Shown: positions 19,369 to 28,751, numbered from the stretch's first letter. The stretch is DNA of 32,000 nucleotides from Moraxella nasicaprae (GCF_025643275.1 NZ_CP089977.1:240001-272000); one strand, 5' to 3'. Notes: generated by a model not told the origin, from the letters alone. Numbers and translations are program-made.

Positions 19369-20244
19369 TTACTGCATAACAATGCCCATTTGTGATAGTG
19401 GCTCGCCCAGTTTATTGACGCTTTCGGCAAGCTGAGCGATTTCTTCTTTGGTTAATTGGTCATAAGCCTTGTAGTCTTTATCGCCCACTTTTTGCCGATT
19501 AAGCAAGGCGTAAACATCGGCAAATTTGGCTTTTAAATCCGCCACTAATTGTGGATTTTTGCTTTCTAGTTTTGGGGTGAGGATTTGGAAAATCTTATCC
19601 GCTCCCTCAATATTGGCACGAAAATCATACAGGTCGGTTTTTGAGAAAATCTCTTCTTCGCCTGTGATTTTGCTGGTGGTGACTTCATTCAACAAATCCA
19701 CCGAACCTTGAATCATCAACTCAGGCGTTACTTCGGCGGTTGGGATTTTGGCTTTTAGCTCTTTGACATCGCTTAGCAGTTTGTCAGCAAGCTCTTCGGT
19801 GCCTTTGGTGGTGTTTTGTGTCCATAGAATTTTTTCGATGGTATGAAAACCTGTCCACACCTCGCCTGCCTCAAGGTCAGCCTCACGATTATCAATGCGT
19901 GGGTCAAGGTCGCCAAAACTCTCAGCAATCGGCTCTGAACGCTCAAAATACATTCTCGCCAAAGGATACAATGCTTTTGCTTCGTCCGTCTTGCCCTCTT
20001 TAAGCAAGGCAACAAACTTTTCGGTATCGACAACTAATGCGTCAATCTGAGTTTGTACCCATGCTTTATATTCAGCCGTTTCTTTGCTAAGGTCTGCTGT
20101 GGCAGCTTGCTCGGTGGTGGTCTGAGCAGCTTGCTCGGTAGCTTCTGATTGTGCTGGTTTGGTTTCTTGTGCAGGCTTATCACACGCTGTCAAAAACAAG
20201 CAAGAAGACACAGCCACTGCCAATAACGAAAGTTGTAATTTCAT
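19369..20244 (-). CDS. efeO: EfeO/EfeM-type imelysin-like (peptidase M75 fold) iron-binding lipoprotein
   Basis: SD AAGGA. Lipobox LFLTAC. The imelysin GFHxxE motif is present as GFHTIEKILW. There is no N-terminal cupredoxin domain, so this is EfeM-like. Confidence 0.8.
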   Translation of the reverse strand: MKLQLSLLAVAVSSCLFLTACDKPAQETKPAQSEATEQAAQTTTEQAATADLSKETAEYKAWVQTQIDALVVDTEKFVALLKEGKTDEAKALYPLARMYFERSEPIAESFGDLDPRIDNREADLEAGEVWTGFHTIEKILWTQNTTKGTEELADKLLSDVKELKAKIPTAEVTPELMIQGSVDLLNEVTTSKITGEEEIFSKTDLYDFRANIEGADKIFQILTPKLESKNPQLVADLKAKFADVYALLNRQKVGDKDYKAYDQLTKEEIAQLAESVNKLGEPLSQMGIVMQ

Positions 20245-20278
20245 AAAATATCCTTAGTAATAATGAAAAAGCAATGTC

Positions 20279-20307
20279 ATTATAAACTTAATAATAGTAA
20301 TTATCAA
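20279..20307 (-). promoter_or_regulatory. Sigma70-like promoter of efeO with an overlapping Fur-box-like site
   Basis: On the minus strand: TTGATA (20307-20302), 17-bp spacer, TATAAT (20284-20279). The spacer contains GATAATTACTATTATTAAG (20305-20287), which matches the Fur consensus GATAATGATAATCATTATC at 13/19 positions. Confidence 0.45.
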
Positions 20308-20557
20308 TATCAATCATCAATTTTTATCAATGACGCCATCTGGCAAACTTTTTTATTTAGCAATGTATCACACATCAGCAATATTTGATTGGAATTTTTA
20401 ATCAGATTTTCATGAAATATCTTAAAAAATCTCAAATAAAGAAAAAGTATTCATCACCGCAAAAGTTGAGCCAACATAAACGCTTATCGCTTTTTTGGAC
20501 TGTCTTGATGATAAAAACTTGGTTTTATAAAAAAATCACCAAATCCATCGCCAATCC

Positions 20558-21571
20558 TTACACCTTAATGACATCAAAATCGTTTGCCAATATCAACCGC
20601 CCATCATAGACCGACTCCACCTCCGTGCGTATGTGTCCCATATTTGGTGACGGATTATCAGGTTCATCAAACAAAGCAAATCTGGCACTAAAATGCGTCA
20701 AAATCAACATCGGCACATTTGCTTGACTGGCAAATTGACCCACCTGCAATGCACTGCTATGCATCGGGTCGATGATTCCTTTATCCAAGATTTTTTGCTT
20801 AATCTGTGCCGTATAGGTCGCTTCATGCACCAAGGCTTTTGCTCCCACCACCATGCTATCAAGCAAATTTGGTTCATCATTATCGCCTGCGATGACGATT
20901 TTATTTGTGATGACTTTGTCGTCTCGCAGTTCATCGACCGACCAAGTGCCGTACGCCCCAAGCTCAACCATCTTATCTTGGCAATGCAAAATCTTGCCCC
21001 AAAGTCGATTTTCAATGCCCAATTGTGTCAATTTTTGGGTATGAAGTTGTCGCTGATGATGGTACTGTGTGATGGCAAAGGCATAACTTTCACAGCGGTG
21101 GCGTAACGGCGTGGTACAAATACCAAGCCACCAATGCGAATCTAGGCGAATGAGGTATTCATCAGGCAAATCTTCTATATATTGCCAAGTGATTGGGTAA
21201 CTTAGGGTCAGTTGTGTTAGCTCAATCAATGACTGCATCAAGACATGGATTACTTTGGGTGCAATGATGGTTAGTGGCTGCTTTCGTCCATGCATGGCAA
21301 GCGATGCCAGCAAACCAGGCAAACCGTAACAATGGTCGCCATGCACATGCGTGATTAAAATGGCGATTAAATTTTTTGGTCGCAGTTTGGTGTTCATGAG
21401 CTGATGCTGGGTCGCCTCCCCGCAATCCACCAATATCCAAGGCGTGTCTTTTCCCAGAGCTTGTTGCCTACCAAGTAATGACACCGCCAGTGCTGAGACA
21501 TTACGATGGCGAGTTGGCACGCCACTTGATGTGCCTAAAAATTGAAGTTGATATGAATGTGGTTGGCTCAT
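20558..21571 (-). CDS. rnz: Ribonuclease Z / RNase BN (metallo-beta-lactamase fold)
   Basis: ATG 21571 (MSQPHSYQLQFLGTSSGVPTRHRNVSALAV). HxHxDH motif ITHVHGDHCYGLPGLL. C-terminal LTHFS. Confidence 0.75.
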   Translation of the reverse strand: MSQPHSYQLQFLGTSSGVPTRHRNVSALAVSLLGRQQALGKDTPWILVDCGEATQHQLMNTKLRPKNLIAILITHVHGDHCYGLPGLLASLAMHGRKQPLTIIAPKVIHVLMQSLIELTQLTLSYPITWQYIEDLPDEYLIRLDSHWWLGICTTPLRHRCESYAFAITQYHHQRQLHTQKLTQLGIENRLWGKILHCQDKMVELGAYGTWSVDELRDDKVITNKIVIAGDNDEPNLLDSMVVGAKALVHEATYTAQIKQKILDKGIIDPMHSSALQVGQFASQANVPMLILTHFSARFALFDEPDNPSPNMGHIRTEVESVYDGRLILANDFDVIKV

Positions 21572-21681
21572 TATCATCACTCTTTGCATATTTATGGGCA
21601 AAAATCAGACTGATTGATTTGCTTATTGGTTTGATACCATCATCATAATGAGGCTGATGTTTGGTAAGGTTTGATAAAATT

Positions 21682-21719
21682 AAAAAACGAACAAAAATTC
21701 TCATCTTTGTTCGTTTTTT
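21682..21719. terminator. Rho-independent terminator downstream of sodA
   Basis: Perfect 14-bp stem AAAAAACGAACAAA / TTTGTTCGTTTTTT. Confidence 0.65.
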
Positions 21720-21744
21720 CGCATGATTGATGATGGACAATCAA

Positions 21745-22359
21745 TTAAGCATTATCAAAACGCTTTTGAGCTTCGTCCCAATTCACCACATCCCAAAACG
21801 CCTTGATGTAGTCTGGGCGTTTGTTTTGATATTTTAGGTAGTAGGCATGCTCCCACACATCAAGACCGATGATTGGTGTACCTTCACAGCCAGCCACCGC
21901 TTGACCCATCAATGGGCTGTCTTGGTTGGCGGTTGAAACCACAGCAAGTTTGTCGCCTTGTTTAACCAGCCACGCCCAGCCTGAACCAAAACGAGTTGCC
22001 GCTGCCTTTTCAAAGGCTTCTTGGAATGCTTCCACTGAGCCAAAATCACGCACGATGGCATCTTTTAGCGAACCGCCAAGCGTTGTGCCAGTTTTTAGAA
22101 TGCTCCAAAATAGGCTGTGATTAGCGTGTCCACCTGCGTTGTTACGCACCGCTGTTTGCTTGTCGGCTGGCAGTTTGTCAAGGTTGGCGATGACTTCTTC
22201 TGCTGGCTTGTCCGCCCACTCAGTACCTTCTAGGGCAGCGTTAGCGTTATTCACATAGGCTTGATGATGACGGCTGTGATGAATTTCCATCGTTTCTTTA
22301 TCAAAATGCGGTTCTAGTGCATCATAGGCATAGCCTAGCTCTGGTAATGTAAATGCCAT
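21745..22359 (-). CDS. sodA: Superoxide dismutase, Mn-type signature
   Basis: 204 aa. [40 protein letters not shown] (Mn-type) and DVWEHAYYL are present. Confidence 0.9.
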   Translation of the reverse strand: MAFTLPELGYAYDALEPHFDKETMEIHHSRHHQAYVNNANAALEGTEWADKPAEEVIANLDKLPADKQTAVRNNAGGHANHSLFWSILKTGTTLGGSLKDAIVRDFGSVEAFQEAFEKAAATRFGSGWAWLVKQGDKLAVVSTANQDSPLMGQAVAGCEGTPIIGLDVWEHAYYLKYQNKRPDYIKAFWDVVNWDEAQKRFDNA

Positions 22360-22409
22360 AATAATATCCTTTGATTAGTGAATGATAGACCAAATGCAGT
22401 CTGCCTACT

Positions 22410-22438
22410 AATATAGTGATAAAGCGGTATAATTTCAA
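22410..22438 (-). promoter_or_regulatory. Candidate sigma70 promoter of sodA
   Basis: On the minus strand: TTGAAA (22438-22433), 17 bp, TATATT (22415-22410), about 50 nt upstream of the ATG. Confidence 0.35.
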
Positions 22439-22503
22439 GATGATTTTTTGGTGCTGATGAAAAAAATGTGTTTTATTAACCAAATCATCACTTTGTTTGA
22501 TGG

Positions 22504-23454
22504 CTATGCTCCCCAAAATTGCCATGCACAGCTTAATGCAATCAGCACAAACATCACTCTTCCCACGATGGCATTATGTCTAAATGCCTTAAAACAATTA
22601 AGTCGTTCACGGGTTTTGATGAGGCGGTATTGATAATTCATCATCAATATGAATGGCAGCAAACAAATCACTAAATAAAGATTTAACAAATCATGCAATA
22701 AAAACATCATGATTGCCAAAAATAGCCCTTGCAATGCCATGATAAAATGCACATCATTTTTGCCAAACCATGTTTCAAATAAAATGGCGGTGGATTTTAC
22801 CCCAATCTTAATATCATCGTCCTTATCACACATGGCATATTGGGTATCATACGCCACCGTCCAGCATATATAGGCAATAAAGGTTAGCCAGCCTGTTATC
22901 CCAACCTCTCCAATGCCTGTATTGATACCGCCCATCTGACTATTGACCGCCACAAATGCCATTGGCACCGCCCACCCAAAAGCCGCCGCCAATACCACTT
23001 GGGGCAAATGGGTATAGCGTTTCATAAACGGATAAATAAAAGCAAGAATGACCGCAATTAACGACCAATAAAAAACTTGTATCGGTAAAAATAATAACAA
23101 ACACGCCGACAACAATGCCAAGCCCACAAAAGTAAATACCGCCGTTTTGGCTTTTAAGCGTCCATCTGCTAAGGGGCGACCCTTTGTCCGCTTAACTTTT
23201 CCATCTACTTTACGGTCAGCAAAATCATTAATCGCACAACCAGCGGAACGCATTAAAAACGCCCCCAATGAGAATATCACAACAAGTTTAAGGCTGGGCA
23301 ATTTGCCATATTGACCACTTGCCAAAAACAATGCCCAAAGCGTTGGATAAAGTAATAATTCTGTACCCACAGGTTTATCAAGGCGAATCAGTTCACACCA
23401 AGCAATCAATTTTTCTTTGGCGGTCATTGGGGTGTGGGTTAAATGGTTTTTCAT
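22504..23454 (-). CDS. ubiA: 4-hydroxybenzoate polyprenyltransferase
   Basis: 316 aa polytopic protein. First Asp-rich motif [10 protein letters not shown], followed by KRTKGRPLA, and a second motif [13 protein letters not shown]. Confidence 0.9.
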   Translation of the reverse strand: MKNHLTHTPMTAKEKLIAWCELIRLDKPVGTELLLYPTLWALFLASGQYGKLPSLKLVVIFSLGAFLMRSAGCAINDFADRKVDGKVKRTKGRPLADGRLKAKTAVFTFVGLALLSACLLLFLPIQVFYWSLIAVILAFIYPFMKRYTHLPQVVLAAAFGWAVPMAFVAVNSQMGGINTGIGEVGITGWLTFIAYICWTVAYDTQYAMCDKDDDIKIGVKSTAILFETWFGKNDVHFIMALQGLFLAIMMFLLHDLLNLYLVICLLPFILMMNYQYRLIKTRERLNCFKAFRHNAIVGRVMFVLIALSCAWQFWGA

Positions 23455-23517
23455 AATTAAAAAATATTACTTATTTTTTGCCAAATGATGTACTTCTACT
23501 GCTTCGGTTAGTCTTAG

Positions 23518-24297
23518 TTAGCCATATACATCAAATCTGATGACTTCATTATTAAAACTTTGATTGGGTGATTTATCGGCAAAATTAGGAGCAGACAAGG
23601 GGCGTTTAATCACCAGTTTATCGCACTTTGCTATGGCGGTATTAAAAAGTTTTAATTCATCATCGCTATTTGGCGGATTAACCATCAAATGCAAAATTTG
23701 CATATTTTTATTAACCGCCCCCTTGTAGCTGTCATTGGGAAACATTGGGTCAAGGTAGATTAAATCATGTTTGACACCATCATTGATAATCTTATTACTG
23801 TCGCCAAAGACAATCGTAATTCTCTCCATCAGTTTTTGCCAATTTTTATGTTGGCTCATTTTTATTTTTTCAAATATGAGCATTAAAAAGACAATGGGAT
23901 TTTGTTCAATGAATGTTACCCTTGCCCCTGTACTTGCCAATATCAATCCATCAATGCCAAATCCTGCCGTGCCGTCAATCACACTCATTTCTTTATTTAA
24001 TTTACACGCCTTTAATAACAGTTCATTATTTTTCCCAGAAGAGACAATGCGTTGTTGTAGGCTTTGCCAATTTAGGCAAGTTTTAATCAGCTCATTATCA
24101 ATCATTTGAGATAACATTAAACTTTGTTTATCAAAAAATACAATGGGCAAATGATTGTCCAAACTGATATTTTTTAAAAGTTTATTATCAATCTTTGGTA
24201 CTGTGATAACAGTTAAATCAATGGGTAGCTGATATTGATTGATAACTTCATTGATAATCTTATCATCATTATGGATTGATAAAAAACACGCCTTCAT
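23518..24297 (-). CDS. rsmJ: 16S rRNA (guanine1516-N2)-methyltransferase RsmJ-like SAM-dependent methyltransferase
   Basis: ATG 24297. SAM motif VIDGTAGFGIDGLILAS, ARVTFIEQNP and IYLDPMFP match the RsmJ (DUF548) pattern. The gene is noticeably AT-rich. Confidence 0.75.
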   Translation of the reverse strand: MKACFLSIHNDDKIINEVINQYQLPIDLTVITVPKIDNKLLKNISLDNHLPIVFFDKQSLMLSQMIDNELIKTCLNWQSLQQRIVSSGKNNELLLKACKLNKEMSVIDGTAGFGIDGLILASTGARVTFIEQNPIVFLMLIFEKIKMSQHKNWQKLMERITIVFGDSNKIINDGVKHDLIYLDPMFPNDSYKGAVNKNMQILHLMVNPPNSDDELKLFNTAIAKCDKLVIKRPLSAPNFADKSPNQSFNNEVIRFDVYG

Positions 24298-24300
24298 CAA

Positions 24301-25143
24301 TTAACCCTCTATGGCATAACCAAAACCAAAAAAAGCAATTAAAACAATAATCCCTGTAACAATTCTTAAATAAGCAAAAATCATAAAGTCTTTTTTACTA
24401 ACCCACGCTACCATAAAGCGAATGCAAATTAACGCAATGATAAACGAAGTCATAAAACCGACACCCAATATCGCCCAATCATTCGCTGTTTGCATTGCCT
24501 CTTTGTGTTTAATAAGCCCAAGTAATGCCGCCCCCATAATCACAGGAATGCCCAAAAAGAATGAAAACTCCGTGCCAGCCGTGCGAGAAGTGCCAAATAA
24601 TAACGCCCCAATAATGGTCGCTCCAGAACGAGAAGTGCCGGGGATTAGGGCAAGGCATTGTGCCAAACCGATTTTAATGGCGGTTTTAAAATCGATTTGT
24701 TCGGCGGTTTGAGCGATAATGGGGCGTTTTGTTTTTTCGGCATAAATAATAAGCACCGCACCGACAATCAGCATAATTGCCACCACCACAGGGTGAAATA
24801 ATTTTTCGGTAATAAAATCTTCAAATAACAAACCAATGACCATGACAGGCAAAGTAGCAATGATGAGCGATAATCCTAATTGACGGGGTTTTTCTAATCC
24901 TTGTGCCTTACCTGTTAATAAACCCATTAAGGCATTCCAAAGTCTGCCCCAATAATCATACACTACTGCAAGCATTGCCCCCATTTGAATGACGACAATA
25001 AACAAAGCCGCTTTTTCTTTTGTCCAAAAGTTCATCAAATCTGCCGACAAAATCAAATAGCCCGTACTAGAAATCGGCAAAAACTCGGTAATGCCCTCAA
25101 CAACGCCCATAATAAAGGCTTTGATAAATAATAAAATGTCCAA
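24301..25143 (-). CDS. uppP: Undecaprenyl-diphosphate phosphatase
   Basis: TTG start at 25143. Motifs VVEGITEFLPISSTGYL and PGTSRSGATI..SRTAGTEFSFFLGIP are collinear with E. coli BacA/UppP. Confidence 0.9.
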   Translation of the reverse strand: MDILLFIKAFIMGVVEGITEFLPISSTGYLILSADLMNFWTKEKAALFIVVIQMGAMLAVVYDYWGRLWNALMGLLTGKAQGLEKPRQLGLSLIIATLPVMVIGLLFEDFITEKLFHPVVVAIMLIVGAVLIIYAEKTKRPIIAQTAEQIDFKTAIKIGLAQCLALIPGTSRSGATIIGALLFGTSRTAGTEFSFFLGIPVIMGAALLGLIKHKEAMQTANDWAILGVGFMTSFIIALICIRFMVAWVSKKDFMIFAYLRIVTGIIVLIAFFGFGYAIEG

Positions 25144-25197
25144 GTTAAATGACCTTAATGTGTTTTAATTAAAAATTTGATAGGGTTTTTAATATTT

Positions 25198-25255
25198 GGG
25201 CGAATTACAATTCGCCCCTACGGTTCATTGGTAAGGTGCGTAATAGGCACCTTAC
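25198..25255. repeat. Two adjacent perfect hairpins (REP-like element) between the small membrane ORF and uppP
   Basis: GGGCGAAT-taca-ATTCGCCC (25198-25217) and GTAAGGTGC-gtaatag-GCACCTTAC (25231-25255). Neither is followed by a clean T-run on the minus strand. Confidence 0.5.
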
Positions 25256-25440
25256 GATTGATTTAAATTTTCTTTTTCTTGAATGTTTTTAAAAAATTCT
25301 TTGGCTTCCTCCCAAACATCATCGCTAATTTCAGGATAATCATCAACTTCTCGCCAAAATTCTCCACCCCATTTTAATTCAAGATAAACACCAACAATCA
25401 TTAAAACAAGCATTGAAATTCCAAGAAATAATTTAATCAT
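25252..25440 (-). CDS. Small single-pass membrane protein (62 aa), translationally coupled to tsaB
   Basis: ATG 25440 overlaps the tsaB TGA stop (ATGA). The N-terminal TM segment is MIKLFLGISMLVLMIVGVYL, followed by an acidic tail. Confidence 0.45.
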   Translation of the reverse strand: MIKLFLGISMLVLMIVGVYLELKWGGEFWREVDDYPEISDDVWEEAKEFFKNIQEKENLNQS

Positions 25441-26105
25441 TTGCTTTTCCCCTGCTCTGCCAAAGTTTTCCAAGCATTATGGCGTAAATAGACAGGTAAG
25501 GCATTTTGGGCAGTAACACCGCCATTGGTTAAATATTCTGCATACGCCATTTTGCCAATATCACAAGCAGTCGGATTTAAGTCAATTAACTGACCGTCTG
25601 TTTTGATAAATTGACCGCCATTACCGATAATAAAATCAGCCTTTATTTCATTATCATAAGGCAATAAGGCTTCATCGCCAATTTGGGTTAATTTATCATT
25701 TTCAATTTGATAAAAACAGGCATAAACTTCATTTTGGCGAGCGTCAATACAACTGGCAATCACAGCATTATCAGAAATGCTATTTTGCATAACAAAGGTA
25801 TTGGCAAGCGTTTTTAGACTTGATACCCTCACACAAGGCAAATCAAGGGCGAACGATAAAGCCTGCACCACCGCCGTATTGATACGAATACCGCTAAATG
25901 CTCCCGGCCCTCGATTAAAGGCAAGCACATCAACATCATCAAGCGTCATCTGATGCTGGCTGAGCAGATTATCAATGATTGGCAATATGGTTTCGGTTTG
26001 TCCACGATTGCCCAAAATCGTTGTTTCGCCAATCACACCATCATTATTTAACAGTGCCACCGAGCATTGTTCAAAAACAGTATCTAATGCCAATAATATT
26101 GCCAC
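25437..26105 (-). CDS. tsaB: tRNA t6A37 biosynthesis protein TsaB (YeaZ)
   Basis: 222 aa. ILALDTVFEQCSVAL and FNRGPGAFSGIRI are typical of TsaB. Confidence 0.85.
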   Translation of the reverse strand: MAILLALDTVFEQCSVALLNNDGVIGETTILGNRGQTETILPIIDNLLSQHQMTLDDVDVLAFNRGPGAFSGIRINTAVVQALSFALDLPCVRVSSLKTLANTFVMQNSISDNAVIASCIDARQNEVYACFYQIENDKLTQIGDEALLPYDNEIKADFIIGNGGQFIKTDGQLIDLNPTACDIGKMAYAEYLTNGGVTAQNALPVYLRHNAWKTLAEQGKSK

Positions 26106-26145
26106 ACGCCACGCCTTTTTTAAATCATTACTTTAAAATCAATAT

Positions 26146-26185
26146 ACTAAAATACAACAACACCCAATGGTGTCTTGGGTGTTGT
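26146..26185 (-). terminator. Rho-independent terminator downstream of ffh
   Basis: 11-bp stem ACAACACCCAA / TTGGGTGTTGT with a 7-nt loop and a T-rich tail on the minus strand. Confidence 0.6.
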
Positions 26186-26198
26186 ACCAGATACGCCA

Positions 26199-27737
26199 TC
26201 AAAAACGCTTTTTAAAGTTTGGAGGTAACTGACTGCCCAGCTCTTGCATTTTTTTCTGCATTTCTTCCATGCTGGGCATTTCGTTGGGATTTAGCCCTAA
26301 ATCTTGCATGGACTGCCTCATTTGAGCCATGTCTGGTGCAGCATCTTGACCACCCTTACCGCCAAACAAAGGACCTGACGCCATGCCACGAGTCAGACCT
26401 TGTACTGCTTTCATCATTTTGCCCAGACCCTCGGGACGACTAATCATCTTCATCATGCGAGCCATCTGCTTGTGCTGTTTGAGCAGGCGGTTCACATCTT
26501 GGATTTGTTTACCTGAACCTGCGGCAATACGGCGTTTACGGCTTGGTGTGATTTTATCAGGATTTTGGCGTTCAAAAGGCGTCATCGAATGGATTAAGGC
26601 TTCCATTTCCTTAACCTTTTCCTCAGGCTTTGCCTCTTCCATCGCTTTTTGGATATCAGCACCGCCTAAGCCTGGCATTTTATCCAAAAATCCAGCCATG
26701 CCACCCAAATTTTTCATTTGTTGGAATTGGTTGAGCAAATCTTCAAGGTCAAACTCCCCACCCTTTTGGATTTTTTTCGCCATGCGTTCGGCTTGCTCAC
26801 GGTCGATTTTTGCCTCAACCTCTTCAACCAGCGACAACACATCGCCCATGCCCAAAATACGCTGAGCGATACGCTCTGGGTGGAACAGCTCCAACGCTTC
26901 TAATTTTTCGCCACGACCCAAAAATTTGATGGGTTTGCCTGTAATGGCTCGTACTGATAAGGCAGCACCACCTCGTGCATCGCCATCGGTTTTGGTCAAA
27001 ATCACGCCTGTCAAAGGCAAAGCATCATTAAAGGCTTTGGCGGTATTGGCAGCGTCTTGACCTGTCATACTATCAACCACAAACAAAGTTTCCACAGGAT
27101 TGACAGCGGCAGCAAGCGATTTGATTTCGTCCATCATCTCATCATCAATGTGCAAACGACCTGCGGTATCGATGATTAAAATATCTTGGTATTGTAATTT
27201 AGCCTCGTTAATCGCACGATGGGCGATGTCTAACGGCTTTTCGTCAGGGCTTGATGGCACAAAACTTGCCTTAACCTGCATTGCCACCTGTTCAAGCTGC
27301 TTAATCGCTGCTGGACGGTACACATCGGCAGAAACCAGCATGACTTTTTTGTTATGTTTTTCTTGCAAAAATTTGGCAAGTTTACCTGCGGTTGTGGTTT
27401 TACCAGCACCTTGCAGACCAGCCAATAAATACACCATGGGTGGCTTGCCTGTCATTTCCAGCGACTGATTGGCAGCACCCATCATTTCTGACAATTCGTC
27501 ATAGACGATTTTAACAAAGGCTTGACCTGGTGCCAGCTCTTTTAGCACCTCTTGACCCAAAGCCTGTTCTTTGACTTTGGCAACAAAATCCCGAGCCACA
27601 GGCAAGGCAACATCCGCCTCCAATAGTGCCATACGCACTTCACGCAGTGTGTCTTTGATGTTGTCTTCGGTCAGTTGACCTGTGCCTGCAATATTACGCA
27701 GACTGCCAGAAAGTCGTTCGGTTAGAGTATCAAACAT
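26199..27737 (-). CDS. ffh: Signal recognition particle protein Ffh
   Basis: 512 aa. GLQGAGKTTT P-loop, DTAGR, TKTDGDARGG and a Met-rich M domain are present. The C-terminus is about 60 aa longer than E. coli Ffh (453 aa). Confidence 0.95.
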   Translation of the reverse strand: MFDTLTERLSGSLRNIAGTGQLTEDNIKDTLREVRMALLEADVALPVARDFVAKVKEQALGQEVLKELAPGQAFVKIVYDELSEMMGAANQSLEMTGKPPMVYLLAGLQGAGKTTTAGKLAKFLQEKHNKKVMLVSADVYRPAAIKQLEQVAMQVKASFVPSSPDEKPLDIAHRAINEAKLQYQDILIIDTAGRLHIDDEMMDEIKSLAAAVNPVETLFVVDSMTGQDAANTAKAFNDALPLTGVILTKTDGDARGGAALSVRAITGKPIKFLGRGEKLEALELFHPERIAQRILGMGDVLSLVEEVEAKIDREQAERMAKKIQKGGEFDLEDLLNQFQQMKNLGGMAGFLDKMPGLGGADIQKAMEEAKPEEKVKEMEALIHSMTPFERQNPDKITPSRKRRIAAGSGKQIQDVNRLLKQHKQMARMMKMISRPEGLGKMMKAVQGLTRGMASGPLFGGKGGQDAAPDMAQMRQSMQDLGLNPNEMPSMEEMQKKMQELGSQLPPNFKKRF

Positions 27738-27981
27738 AAGCGTTCCGTTAAAATTTAATCATAATCAATGATGGCAATGAATGTAGCTAACTGGCATCAA
27801 ATACACCCATCAACTCAAAGCTCCAATCATCAATATCGTTACCAATATTGGCAAAAATCTATGCAATATCCACCATGATATCATCAAGCCATTCTTATTG
27901 TGCGTAAGTCTAGCATTGATTAAAGCCATTTGCAACGAATGAAGAACATTATCCCAAAAAATCAAGCCTTTATCATCTTAT

Positions 27982-28029
27982 CTTGCTTACCATTCATTTT
28001 TTATGCCTTAAAAATTTATCTTAATTTGA
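27982..28029. repeat. Left-edge imperfect direct repeat of the ffh-ypjD islet
   Basis: The blocks CTTGCTT (27982), ATTCAT (27992), ATTTATCTT (28014) and ATTTGA (28024) recur in the same order at 30119-30158. Confidence 0.25.
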
Positions 28030-28047
28030 TTTGATGGATTGCCTTGG

Positions 28048-28122
28048 CTAATCCTTAATGATATTACGGCTAAAATTAACCGTATTTGCCCCCAGTACGA
28101 TGTTAATTGCTAATGCCATCAT
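28048..28122 (-). CDS. Candidate 24-codon small ORF (MMALAINIVLGANTVNFSRNIIKD) starting inside repeat copy 1
   Basis: SD AAGGAAAT lies just upstream of ATGATG. The first 7 codons lie inside the 54-bp identical repeat. Codons 8-9 differ from copy 2 only synonymously (ATC/ATT, GTA/GTT). Confidence 0.25.
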   Translation of the reverse strand: MMALAINIVLGANTVNFSRNIIKD

Positions 28123-28153
28123 ATTTCCTTTGGGTAATAAAAAACCCACCGAT
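28100..28153. repeat. 54-bp perfect direct repeat, copy 1 (3' of paralogue A)
   Basis: atgttaattgctaatgccatcatatttcctttgggtaataaaaaacccaccgat is identical 54/54 to 28752-28805. Confidence 0.9.
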
Positions 28154-28164
28154 GAGGGCGGGTT
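28135..28164 (-). terminator. Rho-independent terminator after paralogue A (one stem mismatch)
   Basis: On the minus strand: AACCCGCC-ctcatc-GGTGGGTT followed by TTTTTATTA. It partly lies inside repeat copy 1. Confidence 0.5.
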
Positions 28165-28180
28165 TGGTCAATGAGTTTGG

Positions 28181-28594
28181 TTAGGCTGTGATAAAGGGTT
28201 GTAATTTTTTTAAACCCGATGTATCAGCTCTTAGAATCGCCTGCCTCCCATCTCCTGCTTTTAATGCAAGATAGTGGTAGGTTTTATCATCTGGTGCTGT
28301 GAGCAACCCAAGTGCCAATGTACTCAGCCCCAATCCAACCGATCCAGTTAAAGCAACCCCAGTCGCTACAACGGTTCCGACCTGATGAATGCCCCCAAGT
28401 AGCGATTGAGCGGTTTCTGTTTTATCAAGTAGATGTAGCGTTGTTCCTGGCTGATTAAGGATAATTTCTGCATTTCCTGAAAACAGCCCACGCTTTTTCG
28501 GAAAAATCAGTGCAGGAGGTAGGTGATTATTCCGTACAATCATGGGCATATTCTTGTCAAAATCATTGGACTCAAAGACTGTTATCATAACCAT
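28181..28594 (-). CDS. Hypothetical small membrane protein, paralogue A (Gly-rich hydrophobic core)
   Basis: 137-aa ORF with an alternative start at ATG 28588. Soluble N-terminal ~60 aa, then a hydrophobic core GGIHQVGTVVATGVALTGSVGLGLSTLALGLL, then a C-terminal ~35 aa with DGRQAILRAD...FIT. It has its own promoter-like and terminator elements but no clear SD. Confidence 0.6.
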   Translation of the reverse strand: MVMITVFESNDFDKNMPMIVRNNHLPPALIFPKKRGLFSGNAEIILNQPGTTLHLLDKTETAQSLLGGIHQVGTVVATGVALTGSVGLGLSTLALGLLTAPDDKTYHYLALKAGDGRQAILRADTSGLKKLQPFITA

Positions 28595-28630
28595 TTAATG
28601 CTATTTGCATTGCTTATTCATTCCATTTTG

Positions 28631-28659
28631 ATTATAAAATTAAACAAATCCAAAAACAA
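28631..28659 (-). promoter_or_regulatory. Candidate sigma70 promoter for paralogue A
   Basis: On the minus strand: TTGTTT (28659-28654), 17 bp, TATAAT (28636-28631), about 35 nt upstream of the ORF start. Confidence 0.35.
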
Positions 28660-28751
28660 GTATTATTCAATCCTTCGCTCCAAGCCCTGCAATCAGCCGT
28701 GCCATACACGCATCAAGTTCAGCTTGTCGCTCTGCTTGATACTACTCAACA

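Noticed and set aside
20385-20609. A 74-aa TTG-start plus-strand ORF in the efeO upstream region that runs into rnz.
   Set aside because: It is a Lys-rich translation of AT-rich promoter DNA and overlaps the 3' end of rnz on the opposite strand.
23518-24300. An apparent GC dip (hand counts ~35% in rsmJ versus ~45-50% in metG samples), suggesting foreign origin of the rsmJ-uppP region.
   Set aside because: My hand-sampled 120-nt windows in the neighbouring ubiA and uppP range from ~30% to ~51%. The signal is therefore heterogeneous and not convincing without a proper sliding-window computation.
26219-27468. Antisense ORFs inside ffh (74, 160, 61 and 122 aa).
   Set aside because: These are shadow frames opposite ffh, with no SD and no motifs.
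27768-27884. A 38-aa plus-strand ORF in the ffh upstream region that begins ATGATGGCA, the same 9 nt as the repeat-borne small ORF.
   Set aside because: It lies on the opposite strand relative to the repeat ORFs, similarity stops after 9 nt, and it sits in the ffh promoter region. I treat the match as chance.
28100-28153. The idea that the 54-bp repeat is an integron attC site or a MITE end.
   Set aside because: There is no GTTRRRY / RYYYAAC core pair. The only internal palindrome is the terminator stem. No terminal inverted repeats or target-site duplications surround the units.
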